Both the position numbers and the translations under genes were made by a program. This document shows, piece after piece, positions 47,294 through 55,893 of a stretch of DNA of 64,000 nt. Origin of the DNA: Acidimicrobiales bacterium (GTDB taxonomy: Bacteria > Actinomycetota > Acidimicrobiia > Acidimicrobiales > CAIXPF01); NCBI GenBank assembly GCA_038255145.1, contig JBBSLP010000001.1, forward strand, positions 3,682-67,681, in the 5' to 3' direction. Numbering within the stretch: position 1 is the stretch's first letter; each line of letters opens with the position of its first letter. Under the pieces are notes generated by a model. That model worked only from the letters and a program-made list of their open reading frames with translations. It made no database searches and had not been told where the DNA came from.

Positions 47294-48918
47294 GACGCCA
47301 CCGCGGCGCTGGTGGCGTCGGCCATGACGGCCGGGTCCATGGTCGCGGCCGCAGCCCGGCCTTCGAGCATGAGGCGTCCGATCTGGTAGCGGTCGGCATC
47401 GGCCGGGGTGACGATGCCGGCGATCTCCCCCTCGTGGAGCACGACGATGCGGTCCGACAGGGACAGCAGCTCGTCGATGTCCTCGGAGATGACCATGACC
47501 CCCGCCCCGTTGGCCCGCTGCTCGAGCAGCAGCTCCTGGGTGCGGCGGGTGGTGGCGATGTCGAGGCCCCGGCTGGGATAGGCCGCCACGACCAGGGCGG
47601 TCTGGCTGCCCAGGGCCCGCACGAGCATGACCCGCTGGATGTTGCCGCCCGACAGGGTGGCCACGACGCGGTCCGGCGCGGCCACGCCGAGCTGGGTGGC
47701 GGCATCGAGCTCGGCCAGGTGCTGGCGGGCCTTGCGCCAGTCGATGCCCAGGCCCTTCTTGTAGGCGGGCAGGTCACCGAGGGCGATGTGGGCCACCACG
47801 CTGAGCCCGGGGACGACGGCTTCGGTGATGGGGTCCTGGGGCACGCCGACGCCACCGAGGTCGATGGCTTCCTGCACGGCGCCGTGGCCCAGCTCCTTGC
47901 CGCCGATGCGCACCTGGCCGGCCGATGGCTGGGCCAGGCCCAACGCCACCTCGTACAGCTCGCGCTGGCCGTTGCCCGACACCCCGGCCACCCCCACCAG
48001 CTCACCGGGGCGGATCTCGAGGTCGACACCCTTGAGGCAGCTCTGGGGCCGCCCCGTGGTGGCCACCCCGCACAGCACGAGGGCCGGGGCCTCGTCGCTC
48101 TCCGGCGGCGCCACCCGGTCGGCGGGGATGGGCTTGACCGAACGGCCGACCATGGCCTCGATCAGCTCCTCGTCCGTCAGGTCCCGGGGGTCGACCCCAC
48201 CGAGGATGACCTTGCCCCCCCGCAGGATGGTGCAGCGGTCGGCGATGGCCCGGGCCTCGTTGAGCTTGTGGGTGATGATGACCACCGACAGGCCCTGGCG
48301 ACGCAGCTCGTCCACCGCTTCGAGCAGGGAGTCGACCTCCTGGGGGGCGAGCACGCTGGTGGGCTCGTCGAGGATGACCAGGCGGGCGCCGGCCATGAGC
48401 ACCTTGAGGATCTCGACCCGCTGGCGCTCGCCGATGGCCAGGTCACGCACGTAGGCGTTGGGGTCCACCTGCATGCCGTAGCGGGTGGCGGCCTCGGAGA
48501 TGGAGGCGGCCAGGCCCTTGCGGTCGAGGCGGGGGCCGTGCAGCTCGAGGGCCAGGGCGATGTTCTCGGTCACCGTGAAGGCGTTGATCAACCGCATGTC
48601 CTGGAAGACCATGCCGATGCCGTTGGCCCGGGCCACGGCCGGCGAGGTGATCTCCACCTGCTGCAGGTGGATGAGGAAGGTGCCGTCGTCGGCCACGTAG
48701 GTGCCGTACATCATCTTCATGAGGGTGCTCTTGCCGGCGCCGTTCTCGCCGAGCACGGCGTGCACCTCCCCCGCGGCCACCGCGATGTCGACGGCGTCGT
48801 TGGCCACCAGGTCGCCGAAGCGCTTGGTGATGCCCTTGCCCTCGAGGCGGTTCCCCGACGGCCTGTCCTCGTCCGTTGCGGTGGCGGCCGGTGGACCGGT
48901 CGCCGAGGTGAACGTCAT
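47290..48918 (-). CDS. ABC transporter ATP-binding protein, duplicated ATPase domains
   Basis: First-domain Walker [10 protein letters not shown], a second-domain P-loop-like segment GVSGNGQRE, and an LSGGNIQRV signature. 542 aa. Confidence 0.9.
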   Translation of the reverse strand: MTFTSATGPPAATATDEDRPSGNRLEGKGITKRFGDLVANDAVDIAVAAGEVHAVLGENGAGKSTLMKMMYGTYVADDGTFLIHLQQVEITSPAVARANGIGMVFQDMRLINAFTVTENIALALELHGPRLDRKGLAASISEAATRYGMQVDPNAYVRDLAIGERQRVEILKVLMAGARLVILDEPTSVLAPQEVDSLLEAVDELRRQGLSVVIITHKLNEARAIADRCTILRGGKVILGGVDPRDLTDEELIEAMVGRSVKPIPADRVAPPESDEAPALVLCGVATTGRPQSCLKGVDLEIRPGELVGVAGVSGNGQRELYEVALGLAQPSAGQVRIGGKELGHGAVQEAIDLGGVGVPQDPITEAVVPGLSVVAHIALGDLPAYKKGLGIDWRKARQHLAELDAATQLGVAAPDRVVATLSGGNIQRVMLVRALGSQTALVVAAYPSRGLDIATTRRTQELLLEQRANGAGVMVISEDIDELLSLSDRIVVLHEGEIAGIVTPADADRYQIGRLMLEGRAAAATMDPAVMADATSAAVAS

Positions 48919-48940
48919 GGGTGCCTTCCTTCCTGTGCGC

Positions 48941-48983
48941 GGTTCACGGTTTGCGGTTCACGGTTTGCGGGGTCACGGTTTGC
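48941..48983. repeat. 14/15-bp tandem repeat x3 (GGTTCACGGTTTGC)
   Basis: Units at 48941-48954, 48955-48968 and 48969-48983 (the third reads GGGGTCACGGTTTGC). The third unit contains the gntR stop codon. The other two fill the 54-bp spacer before the ATPase start. Confidence 0.9.
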
Positions 48984-49686
48984 GGGGGTCGGCGGCCATG
49001 CGGGCCAGGGCCAGCAGCACCCGCTGCTCGACCACGGCCAGGGATTGCGCCACGTGGGCGTCGAAGCGCTGCTCGGCCATGACGAGGTCACCGTCGAGGA
49101 CGGCGTCGAGGATGCCGAGGTGCTCGACGATGGTCTGCTCGATGCGCTCGACGGTGAGGAAGTCCTGCATGCGCACGACGCGGATGCGCTCGTTGAGCTG
49201 GCGCAGCAGGTCGACGAGCACGGGGTTGCCGGCCGACTCGGCCAGGGAGAGGTGGAAGGACTCGTCGACGAGCACGAAGCCGGGGTTGGGCTCCTGCTCC
49301 TCGTCGGCCAGGGCCCGCCACTCGTCGCGCAGGGCGGCCAGCAGCACGGCGTCGTGCACCGAACGGGTACGGCCGGGGCGGTGCAGGGCCTGCAGCTCGA
49401 GGGCGATGCGCACCTCGTACAGGTGGCGCATGCTGTCGACGTCGGGGGCCAGGGCCAGGTAGCCCCCGTCCTGGGCCCGCCGCACCAGGCCCTCGGCGTG
49501 GAGGCGCAACAGGGCCTCGCGCACCGGGGTGCGGGACACCCCGAGCTCGGCGGCCAGCCGCTCCTCACCGAGGCGGACGTTGAGGCCGAAGTCGCCGACG
49601 AGCAGCCGGCGCTTCAGATCCGCGTACGCCCGATCGCTGCGCAGCACCCCATCCGTTGTGTGCGACCCCGTATACACGCAGCTCAC
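48973..49686 (-). CDS. GntR family transcriptional regulator (FadR/FCD type)
   Basis: RLGEERLAAELGVSRTPVREALLRLHAEGLV is the wHTH; the C-terminal part is helical and FCD-like. Confidence 0.85.
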   Translation of the reverse strand: MSCVYTGSHTTDGVLRSDRAYADLKRRLLVGDFGLNVRLGEERLAAELGVSRTPVREALLRLHAEGLVRRAQDGGYLALAPDVDSMRHLYEVRIALELQALHRPGRTRSVHDAVLLAALRDEWRALADEEQEPNPGFVLVDESFHLSLAESAGNPVLVDLLRQLNERIRVVRMQDFLTVERIEQTIVEHLGILDAVLDGDLVMAEQRFDAHVAQSLAVVEQRVLLALARMAADPRKP

Positions 49687-49811
49687 GGTTCCACTGGCGT
49701 GTTTCCGGCCCGTGAGTGGGCCGTTACGGCCTCGGATCCGCTTGATGCACCGAAGCTGTCACCACGGTCACAACGACGGCGGCACGTGGGCCGATCGCCG
49801 CCGCGCCGGGG

Positions 49812-50210
49812 TCAGACGGGAGGACGGCCGTCGAGCCAGGAGACGTGGGCGTCGACCACCTGCCAGCCCCGCTCCGTCCGCCCCCAGGTCTGCGTCTGGC
49901 GACCCACCACCCCGGGGTGGCCATCGGGCAGGAACTCCACGGTGACCACGGCGACATCACATCCGAAGGTGGTCACCACCCGGTGGCGCAGCCGGCGGGG
50001 CAGGGTCTGGAAGGCCAGGGCGGCGCGGTGGGCCCGGATGGCCTCGATCCCCTGTTGGCGACCCTCGGGTCCGAAGCGCACCACCAGGGGGCTGTCCCAG
50101 AACAGGGCATCCAGGGTCTCGAGGTCGTTGGCCACCAGTGCGGCCTCGTAGCGGTCGAAGACCTCGACCACCTCGGCCACCACGTCGGGCAGGTCCACCT
50201 CACCGAGCAT
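49812..50210 (-). CDS. AtzH-like / HpxZ-like NTF2-fold protein (DUF3225)
   Basis: From the internal ATG: MLGEVDLPDVVAEVVEVFDRYEAALVANDLETLDALFWDSPLVVRFGPEG...GRQTQTWGRTERGWQVVDAHVS matches the family pattern as I remember it. Confidence 0.65.
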   Translation of the reverse strand: MLGEVDLPDVVAEVVEVFDRYEAALVANDLETLDALFWDSPLVVRFGPEGRQQGIEAIRAHRAALAFQTLPRRLRHRVVTTFGCDVAVVTVEFLPDGHPGVVGRQTQTWGRTERGWQVVDAHVSWLDGRPPV

Positions 50211-50354
50211 GGCGGCAGCGTAGTTAGGCGCTCCCACCCCGCCCCGATAGCGCGGTGTCCGTATCATTGAGTGGTCGTTGACACACTTAGAGAGAGATTC
50301 GGTAGTCTTTTGACCAGCACGTCGACAGGACGTGTCCGCATCTCCGGAGGCTCC

Positions 50355-53300
50355 ATGCTCAGGCGGCAACTCATCGGAGCGGCGTTCACCGTTGCGCTCG
50401 TCGTGTCCGGCCTCGTGTCGACGGCCACACCCGGCGGGGCCACGGACCTGACGCCCGTGGTACCGGCCCGCCTGTTCGACTCCCGCCCCGGCGCCGGCAC
50501 CGTGGACGGCCAGGGCCTGCCCGCCAGTCCCGTCGGCCCCGGCCAGGCCGTCACCATCGCGGCCCGGGGACGGGCCGACATCCCCGCCGACGCCGGTGCC
50601 GTCATCCTGACCTTGACCACCACCAACGTCAGCACCTGGACCTACCTCACCGTGTGGGACGGCGCCACGGCCAGGCCCTACGCCTCCCAGGCCGTGCCCA
50701 CCGCCGGCACCACCCAGGCCACCACCGCCATCACCCAGCTGGCCAGCGACGGCACCTTCGCCGTCTACAACGCCGCGGGCACCACCGACCTCGTCATCGA
50801 CGTCGTCTCCTGGCTCCCCACCACCAGCCCCGACATCGTCTCCATCGCTCCCGCCCGCCTCCTCGACACCCGCCCCGGCGCCATCACCGTCGACGGCCAG
50901 GGATCACCCGCCACCCCGGTGGCCGAGGCCCAGACCATGACCATCCCCGCGGCGGGCCGGGGTGGGGTCCCGGCGGGGGCCACGGCCATGTTGGCCACGG
51001 TGACCGTGCTCGACGCCTCGGCCAGCGGCTTCGTCACCCTGTGGGACGGCATCCTGCCCCGGCCCGGCGCCTCGACCGCCAACCCCACCCCGGGCACCGT
51101 GGCCACGACCATGGCCGTCATCGGCCTGAACCCCAGTGGCAACTTCGCCGTGTACAACGGGCTGGGCACGGTCGACGTCATCGTCGACGTCTTCGGCTAC
51201 CTCCCCCTCACCCCCGGCCTCGTCCCCGTGGCCCCGGCCCGCCTCCTCGACACGAGGCCCGGCGCCTGGACCATCGACGGCCAGGGCCTGCCCGGTGCCC
51301 CGGTCGGACCCACCGGCGCCGTGGCCGTGCAGGCCACCGGCCGCGGCGGCGTGCCCCCCGTCGCCGGCACGGTCATGGTCACCCTCACCTCGACCGCAGC
51401 CACCGAACCCACCTACCTGACGGCGTGGAACGGCGTCGGCGCCCACCCCTACGCCTCGGTCGCCAACCCCACCCCGGGCCAGACCTCGGCCACCACCATC
51501 GTCGTCGAGCTCGACGAGCAGGGGGCGTTCAGCGTCTTCAACCAGGCGGGCAGCACCGATGTCATCGTGGACGTCGTCGCCTGGTCCATGCCCCCCGGCC
51601 CCCAGTACGACGACCTCGACAGCAGCGGTCTACCCGTCGTCGGTCCGGCCAGTGCAGGCGACGGTCCCTTCACCGTGGTGCTGGGCCTCACCTCGGACCA
51701 GGCCGGCCTCACCGCCTTCGCCCAGGCCGTCAGCGATCCGACCTCCCCCATCTACGGCCAGTACCTCACCCTCGACCAGGCCATCGCCACCTACGGTGCG
51801 TCGGGCTCCACCGGCGCGGCCGTGGCCAGCTACTTCGGCGGCCTCAGCGTCACCCCCACCTTCGACCCCACCGGCACCACGGCCACGGTCGAGCTCACCC
51901 TGGCCCAGCTGAGCACCGTGTTCGGCACCACGTTCAGCAACTACCAGGTCAGCCAGGTCGGCTGTCAGTTCGCCCAGATGTTCCCCGACCAGGCTCCGAC
52001 GCTGCCCGCGGGGTTGAGCGGCGCCGTCGACCGGGTCCACGGCCTGGCTCCCCTCACCGACAACATCGGCCCGTGCGCGGCGCTGGACATCACCTCGGCC
52101 GGCCTCGCCACCAGCACCGCGGCCGCCGTGAACGGTGACCCGACGCTGTCGGCCCAGACCATCGCCACCCAGACCGCCTTCGGTGGCACCACCACCCGGA
52201 CCGGCGACGTCGAAGCCGGCCCGGCGACGGGGTTGTCCAGCCCGACGGCGCCGTGCCCCGATGCTGTGGCCGTCGAGGCCGACGGCACCCCCATGGGTCT
52301 GATGCCCAACCAGATGCTCGACGCCTACGGCCTCGACACCCTGCACAAGGGGGGCATCACCGGTGCCGGCATCCGCCTGGCCGTGGTCAACACCGCTCCG
52401 GCCATCGACTCGGACCTGGCCACCTTCCGCGCCTGCTTCGGGCTCCAGGGCTCCACCGAGCCCAACGTCATCCCGGTCCCGACGGGCGGTCCCCTGCCCG
52501 CCCCCGACGACGAGCCCACCCTCGACCTCAGCATCCTGGCCTTCGCCGCTCCCGACCTCGCGCACCTCGACCAGTACGTGGTGACACCGGATCCCGACGA
52601 CAACGGCGTGACCATGCTGCGCCTGGTCCAGGCGCCACTGGACACGTCCCAGACCGCCCACGTGGGGCAGGCCCCCCACGTGGTGTCCATCAGCTACGGG
52701 GCCTGTGAGTCACTGACGCTGGGCGGCCTGGGCGGGGCCTGGCCGCTGGTCGACATGATCGACCAGACGTTGGCCATCGGTGCCGCCGCCGGCATCACCT
52801 ACGTCGCCTCGGCCGGCGACAGCGGCTCGTTGGCCTGCTCCCGCCTGGTGGATGCCTTCCCCTACCCCGCCGACGTGCTGACCCCGACGCCGGCCATGCC
52901 GTCGACCCAGACGTGGATCACCTCGGTGGGCGGTACCAACATCACCCTCGATGCCGACAACGAGATCGCCTCGTCCGGTGTGTGGAACGACATGGCCTGG
53001 CCCACGCCCATGAACACCGCGGCCGGCGGCGGCGGGCAGAGCGCCATGGTCCCCCGGCCCTGGTACCAGCAGGGTGGTGCCTTCCCCGTGGGCGGAGGAC
53101 GTCTCACCCCCGACATCAGCGCCTTCTCCGACCCCCTCCCCGGTTACGTCATCTACTGCACGGTGCCGGGGACCAGGGCATGCAACGGCGCCGGCTGGCA
53201 GAACGTCGCCGGCACCAGTGCCGCCGCCTCCCTGGTGGCCAGTGGGCTGGCCCTCGTCGACCAGTCGCGCCTGAACGAGTCCCTGCCCGCCCTGGGCTTC

Positions 53301-53531
53301 GCGAACCCGCTGCTCTACTCAGTGGCCCAGGGCCCGTCGGGTCCCATCGTGGACGTGACCCTGGGGACCAACGACCTCGAGGTCAACCGGGGCCTTTACA
53401 CGGCGGGAGCAGGCTACGACCTGGCCAGCGGGTGGGGCTGGCCCAGCTTCGAGATCCTGACCAGCACCGTGGCCGACCCGTGCGCCCGCTACTACGCCAC
53501 CGTGGCCGAACCCGTCACCGCCGCCTGCTAG
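50355..53531 (+). CDS. Secreted S53 (sedolisin/kumamolisin-type) peptidase with three N-terminal copies of an uncharacterised repeat module
   Basis: RBS GGAGG, ATG 50355 and a signal peptide. Then three modules of about 129 aa, a pro-kumamolisin-like activation region (FAQAVSDPTSPIYGQYLT), and the catalytic domain (DEPTLDLSI, SAGDSGS, VAGTSAAASLV). Confidence 0.85.
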   Translation: MLRRQLIGAAFTVALVVSGLVSTATPGGATDLTPVVPARLFDSRPGAGTVDGQGLPASPVGPGQAVTIAARGRADIPADAGAVILTLTTTNVSTWTYLTVWDGATARPYASQAVPTAGTTQATTAITQLASDGTFAVYNAAGTTDLVIDVVSWLPTTSPDIVSIAPARLLDTRPGAITVDGQGSPATPVAEAQTMTIPAAGRGGVPAGATAMLATVTVLDASASGFVTLWDGILPRPGASTANPTPGTVATTMAVIGLNPSGNFAVYNGLGTVDVIVDVFGYLPLTPGLVPVAPARLLDTRPGAWTIDGQGLPGAPVGPTGAVAVQATGRGGVPPVAGTVMVTLTSTAATEPTYLTAWNGVGAHPYASVANPTPGQTSATTIVVELDEQGAFSVFNQAGSTDVIVDVVAWSMPPGPQYDDLDSSGLPVVGPASAGDGPFTVVLGLTSDQAGLTAFAQAVSDPTSPIYGQYLTLDQAIATYGASGSTGAAVASYFGGLSVTPTFDPTGTTATVELTLAQLSTVFGTTFSNYQVSQVGCQFAQMFPDQAPTLPAGLSGAVDRVHGLAPLTDNIGPCAALDITSAGLATSTAAAVNGDPTLSAQTIATQTAFGGTTTRTGDVEAGPATGLSSPTAPCPDAVAVEADGTPMGLMPNQMLDAYGLDTLHKGGITGAGIRLAVVNTAPAIDSDLATFRACFGLQGSTEPNVIPVPTGGPLPAPDDEPTLDLSILAFAAPDLAHLDQYVVTPDPDDNGVTMLRLVQAPLDTSQTAHVGQAPHVVSISYGACESLTLGGLGGAWPLVDMIDQTLAIGAAAGITYVASAGDSGSLACSRLVDAFPYPADVLTPTPAMPSTQTWITSVGGTNITLDADNEIASSGVWNDMAWPTPMNTAAGGGGQSAMVPRPWYQQGGAFPVGGGRLTPDISAFSDPLPGYVIYCTVPGTRACNGAGWQNVAGTSAAASLVASGLALVDQSRLNESLPALGFANPLLYSVAQGPSGPIVDVTLGTNDLEVNRGLYTAGAGYDLASGWGWPSFEILTSTVADPCARYYATVAEPVTAAC
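50445..51602 (+). repeat. Three tandem protein-level repeat modules (50445-50831, 50832-51218, 51219-51602)
   Basis: Each module begins xPARL[LF]D[TS]RPG and ends [TV]D[LV][IV][IV]DV[VF][SGA][WY]. Internal conserved pieces include TVDGQG and a hydrophobic [FY]xV[YF]N segment (FAVYN, FAVYN, FSVFN). Confidence 0.85.
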
Positions 53532-53843
53532 TGGTGCCGCCGAGGGATGTCCCGGTGGGCAGGAAGGAGTCTTGGCGGTCGTCGTGGCTTGATCGCGGAT
53601 CCGTCGGGGTCGCGGCCGTCGATGGAGACGAAGTCGGCTCGGAACCGCAGGTCGAGTCCGGCGAGTTGGGCCAGCCCTCGACCTCGGCCTGGTGCGCGAC
53701 AGCACCCTCAACGCCACCAACGACGTCGAGATGTTCATGGAGTCCTTCGAGGCGGTCGCCCTGGTCGGTTCCGAAGCCCTGGCCCTCACCGTCGGACTCG
53801 ACCCCTCAGGCGCCACGTCGGGCACCATCGACATCTCCACCCT

Positions 53844-53885
53844 CACCCCATCTCCACCGTCACCCCATCTCCACCGTCACCCCGT
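53844..53885. repeat. 17-bp tandem repeat x2.5 (CACCCCATCTCCACCGT)
   Basis: Units at 53844-53860 and 53861-53877, a partial unit at 53878-53885, and a related CATCTCCACCCT just upstream. Confidence 0.9.
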
Positions 53886-54044
53886 AGCCCGCGCCGGCGC
53901 TGTGAGCCCAGCGCGGGTCTGTGCCGTTGGTGTCGCCCTGGCGTTCATGCATCACGAAGTGGCCCGTCAAGCCGGCGGGTCCGGTGACCGATAGAGGGGG
54001 CGGGTTGATCGTTCTGGCCCCACCACCGCTTGGACGGAGTGAAG

Positions 54045-55430
54045 ATGATGAAGTCGATCGACACCGCACAGCCGAGTGAGCTGCACGTGGCGCGTGGGTC
54101 GTTCCGGCGTACGTTGCAGGCTCTAGCGCTTGTGGTGTTCATGGTCGCCCCGGTCGCCGCCTTCGCATCTTTCTGGCTGGCCGATCACCTTGTGACGTCG
54201 GTGTCCGCCCAGTGGGCCGTCGGCACAGGCCTGGTCGCGGTGCTGAACCTACCGATCATCGTGGTCGTCCTCGGCGTCATCGCCAAACGGGTCGCGACGG
54301 CCGACGCCTGGGCCGACGCCCAGCAGACGCGGCTCGACGAGGAGCGGAGCCATCGCGACCTGGAGTCGCAGGTCACGGATGCGTTGGAGATGGCTGAGAC
54401 CGAAACGGAGGCGCTGCGGGTGATCGAGCGCGGCTTCTCGGTGGTCCTGCCCGACTCCATGACCGAGTTGTTGTTGGCGGACAACAGCCATGCGCGCCTG
54501 TCTCGCAAGGCGGTGTCGGCCCCCGCCGGCAGCGTCGCCGGATGTGGGGTGGGTTCGCCCCAGGAGTGCCCGGCAGCGCGACGGGCACGGGTGCACCGCT
54601 TCGCGGACAGCGACGCGGTCAATGCATGCCCGAAGCTGGCTGGTCGGGTCACTGGCCGCTGCGCCGCCATCTGCATCCCTGTCTCGGTGATGGGCCGCAC
54701 GGTCGGAGTCATCCACACGGTGCACGAGGTCGACACCCAGGTCGACGGCGGCGTCGTGCAGGACCTGGAAGCGATCGCGCAGCAGGCGGGGGCTCGCCTG
54801 GGGATGTTGCGCATCGTCGCGGAGACCCAGCTTCAGGCGGCCACGGATGCCTTGACGGGGTTGATGAACCGGCGCTCCTTCGAGAACGCCTTCCTCCAGA
54901 TGCGCGAGCGCTCGCCCGGTGGGAGCGGGGTGGTCGTCATGGCCGACCTCGACCACTTCAAGGCCATCAACGACACCTTCGGACACGAGACAGGGGACCG
55001 AGCACTACGCCTTTTCGCCGAGACGTTGCGCAAGACGGTGGGCCCCAACGATCTGGTCTCTCGGCGTGGCGGCGAGGAGTTCGCCGTCTTCTTCCCGAGC
55101 TGCGACCAAGATCGGGCGACGGAGACGCTCGGTCGGGTGCGAGAGAACCTGCAACGGGCGATCAAGGAGGCAGGCCTGCCCGCCTTCACGTCGAGCTTCG
55201 GCTCCACGCCGGCGCTCCTCGTCGAAGACCTCGACCTGCTCCTGGCTCGGGCCGACTCGGCGTTGTTCGAGGCCAAGCGCAGCGGCCGAGATCGCCTCGT
55301 CGTCGTTGTCGCCGAAGCGGCTACCGACGATTCCGCAGCACCCGCCAACCGTGTGCTCGACGGCCCGAATGGCGCGGCCGACGGCGTGGTGGTCGTCCTG
55401 CGCCAGGCCGTCGAAACAGCCACTCGTTGA
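54045..55430 (+). CDS. Membrane-anchored GAF-like/GGDEF diguanylate cyclase
   Basis: RBS GGAG, ATG 54045, two TM helices, a Cys-rich GAF-like region, and a GGDEF domain with an intact RGGEEF motif and DHFKAINDTFGH. No RxxD I-site seen upstream of GGEEF. Confidence 0.85.
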   Translation: MMKSIDTAQPSELHVARGSFRRTLQALALVVFMVAPVAAFASFWLADHLVTSVSAQWAVGTGLVAVLNLPIIVVVLGVIAKRVATADAWADAQQTRLDEERSHRDLESQVTDALEMAETETEALRVIERGFSVVLPDSMTELLLADNSHARLSRKAVSAPAGSVAGCGVGSPQECPAARRARVHRFADSDAVNACPKLAGRVTGRCAAICIPVSVMGRTVGVIHTVHEVDTQVDGGVVQDLEAIAQQAGARLGMLRIVAETQLQAATDALTGLMNRRSFENAFLQMRERSPGGSGVVVMADLDHFKAINDTFGHETGDRALRLFAETLRKTVGPNDLVSRRGGEEFAVFFPSCDQDRATETLGRVRENLQRAIKEAGLPAFTSSFGSTPALLVEDLDLLLARADSALFEAKRSGRDRLVVVVAEAATDDSAAPANRVLDGPNGAADGVVVVLRQAVETATR

Positions 55431-55893
55431 CAGCCGCAACCCCGAGACGGGGCCTACGGAGACCTACAACCAGACGGCCGCTCCCTTCGATCGGCTTTCA
55501 CGAGCAGCGATCTCGCCGCCATGGTTGAACGCGTCGACGCCCACCGACCCCGAGACGCTGTCCCTCTCGCCGCCTGACGGACCACGGGCACGCCAAACTG
55601 GGACCGTGAAGGCGCCTGCCGCATCGGCCAAGACCAGCCTCAAGCTGAGCCGCCAGCGCTACGGCGGATCCGCCCACACCTGAGGCTTCGCCCTCTACCG
55701 GGCCAACCACGACGACTACCAGGACAACTTCCTCCCCAACGGCATGGACCGCCGGCGCCCCCGAAGAAGCCTCGACTGCGCCTTCGGCTTCTACCTCAAC
55801 GACCCCACCGCCTGGCTCCCCGATGCACCGACGAACCAACGCGCGGCACCACGAGCAGCCGGCTGGTGACGGGAGGCGGGTACGGTCCTGTCG

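Noticed and set aside
45321-48029. A 902-aa ORF that would span three ABC transporter genes.
   Set aside because: Only the last 305 codons (from ATG 46238) look like a permease. The upstream part is an alternative-frame read-through of the permease and ATPase genes, which are well supported in their own frames.
48941-48983. Whether the tandem repeats here, at 53844-53885 and at 41131-41167 could be CRISPR arrays.
   Set aside because: The units are 8-17 bp, directly abutting with no spacers, and there are only 2.5-4.5 copies. No cas genes are in the window.
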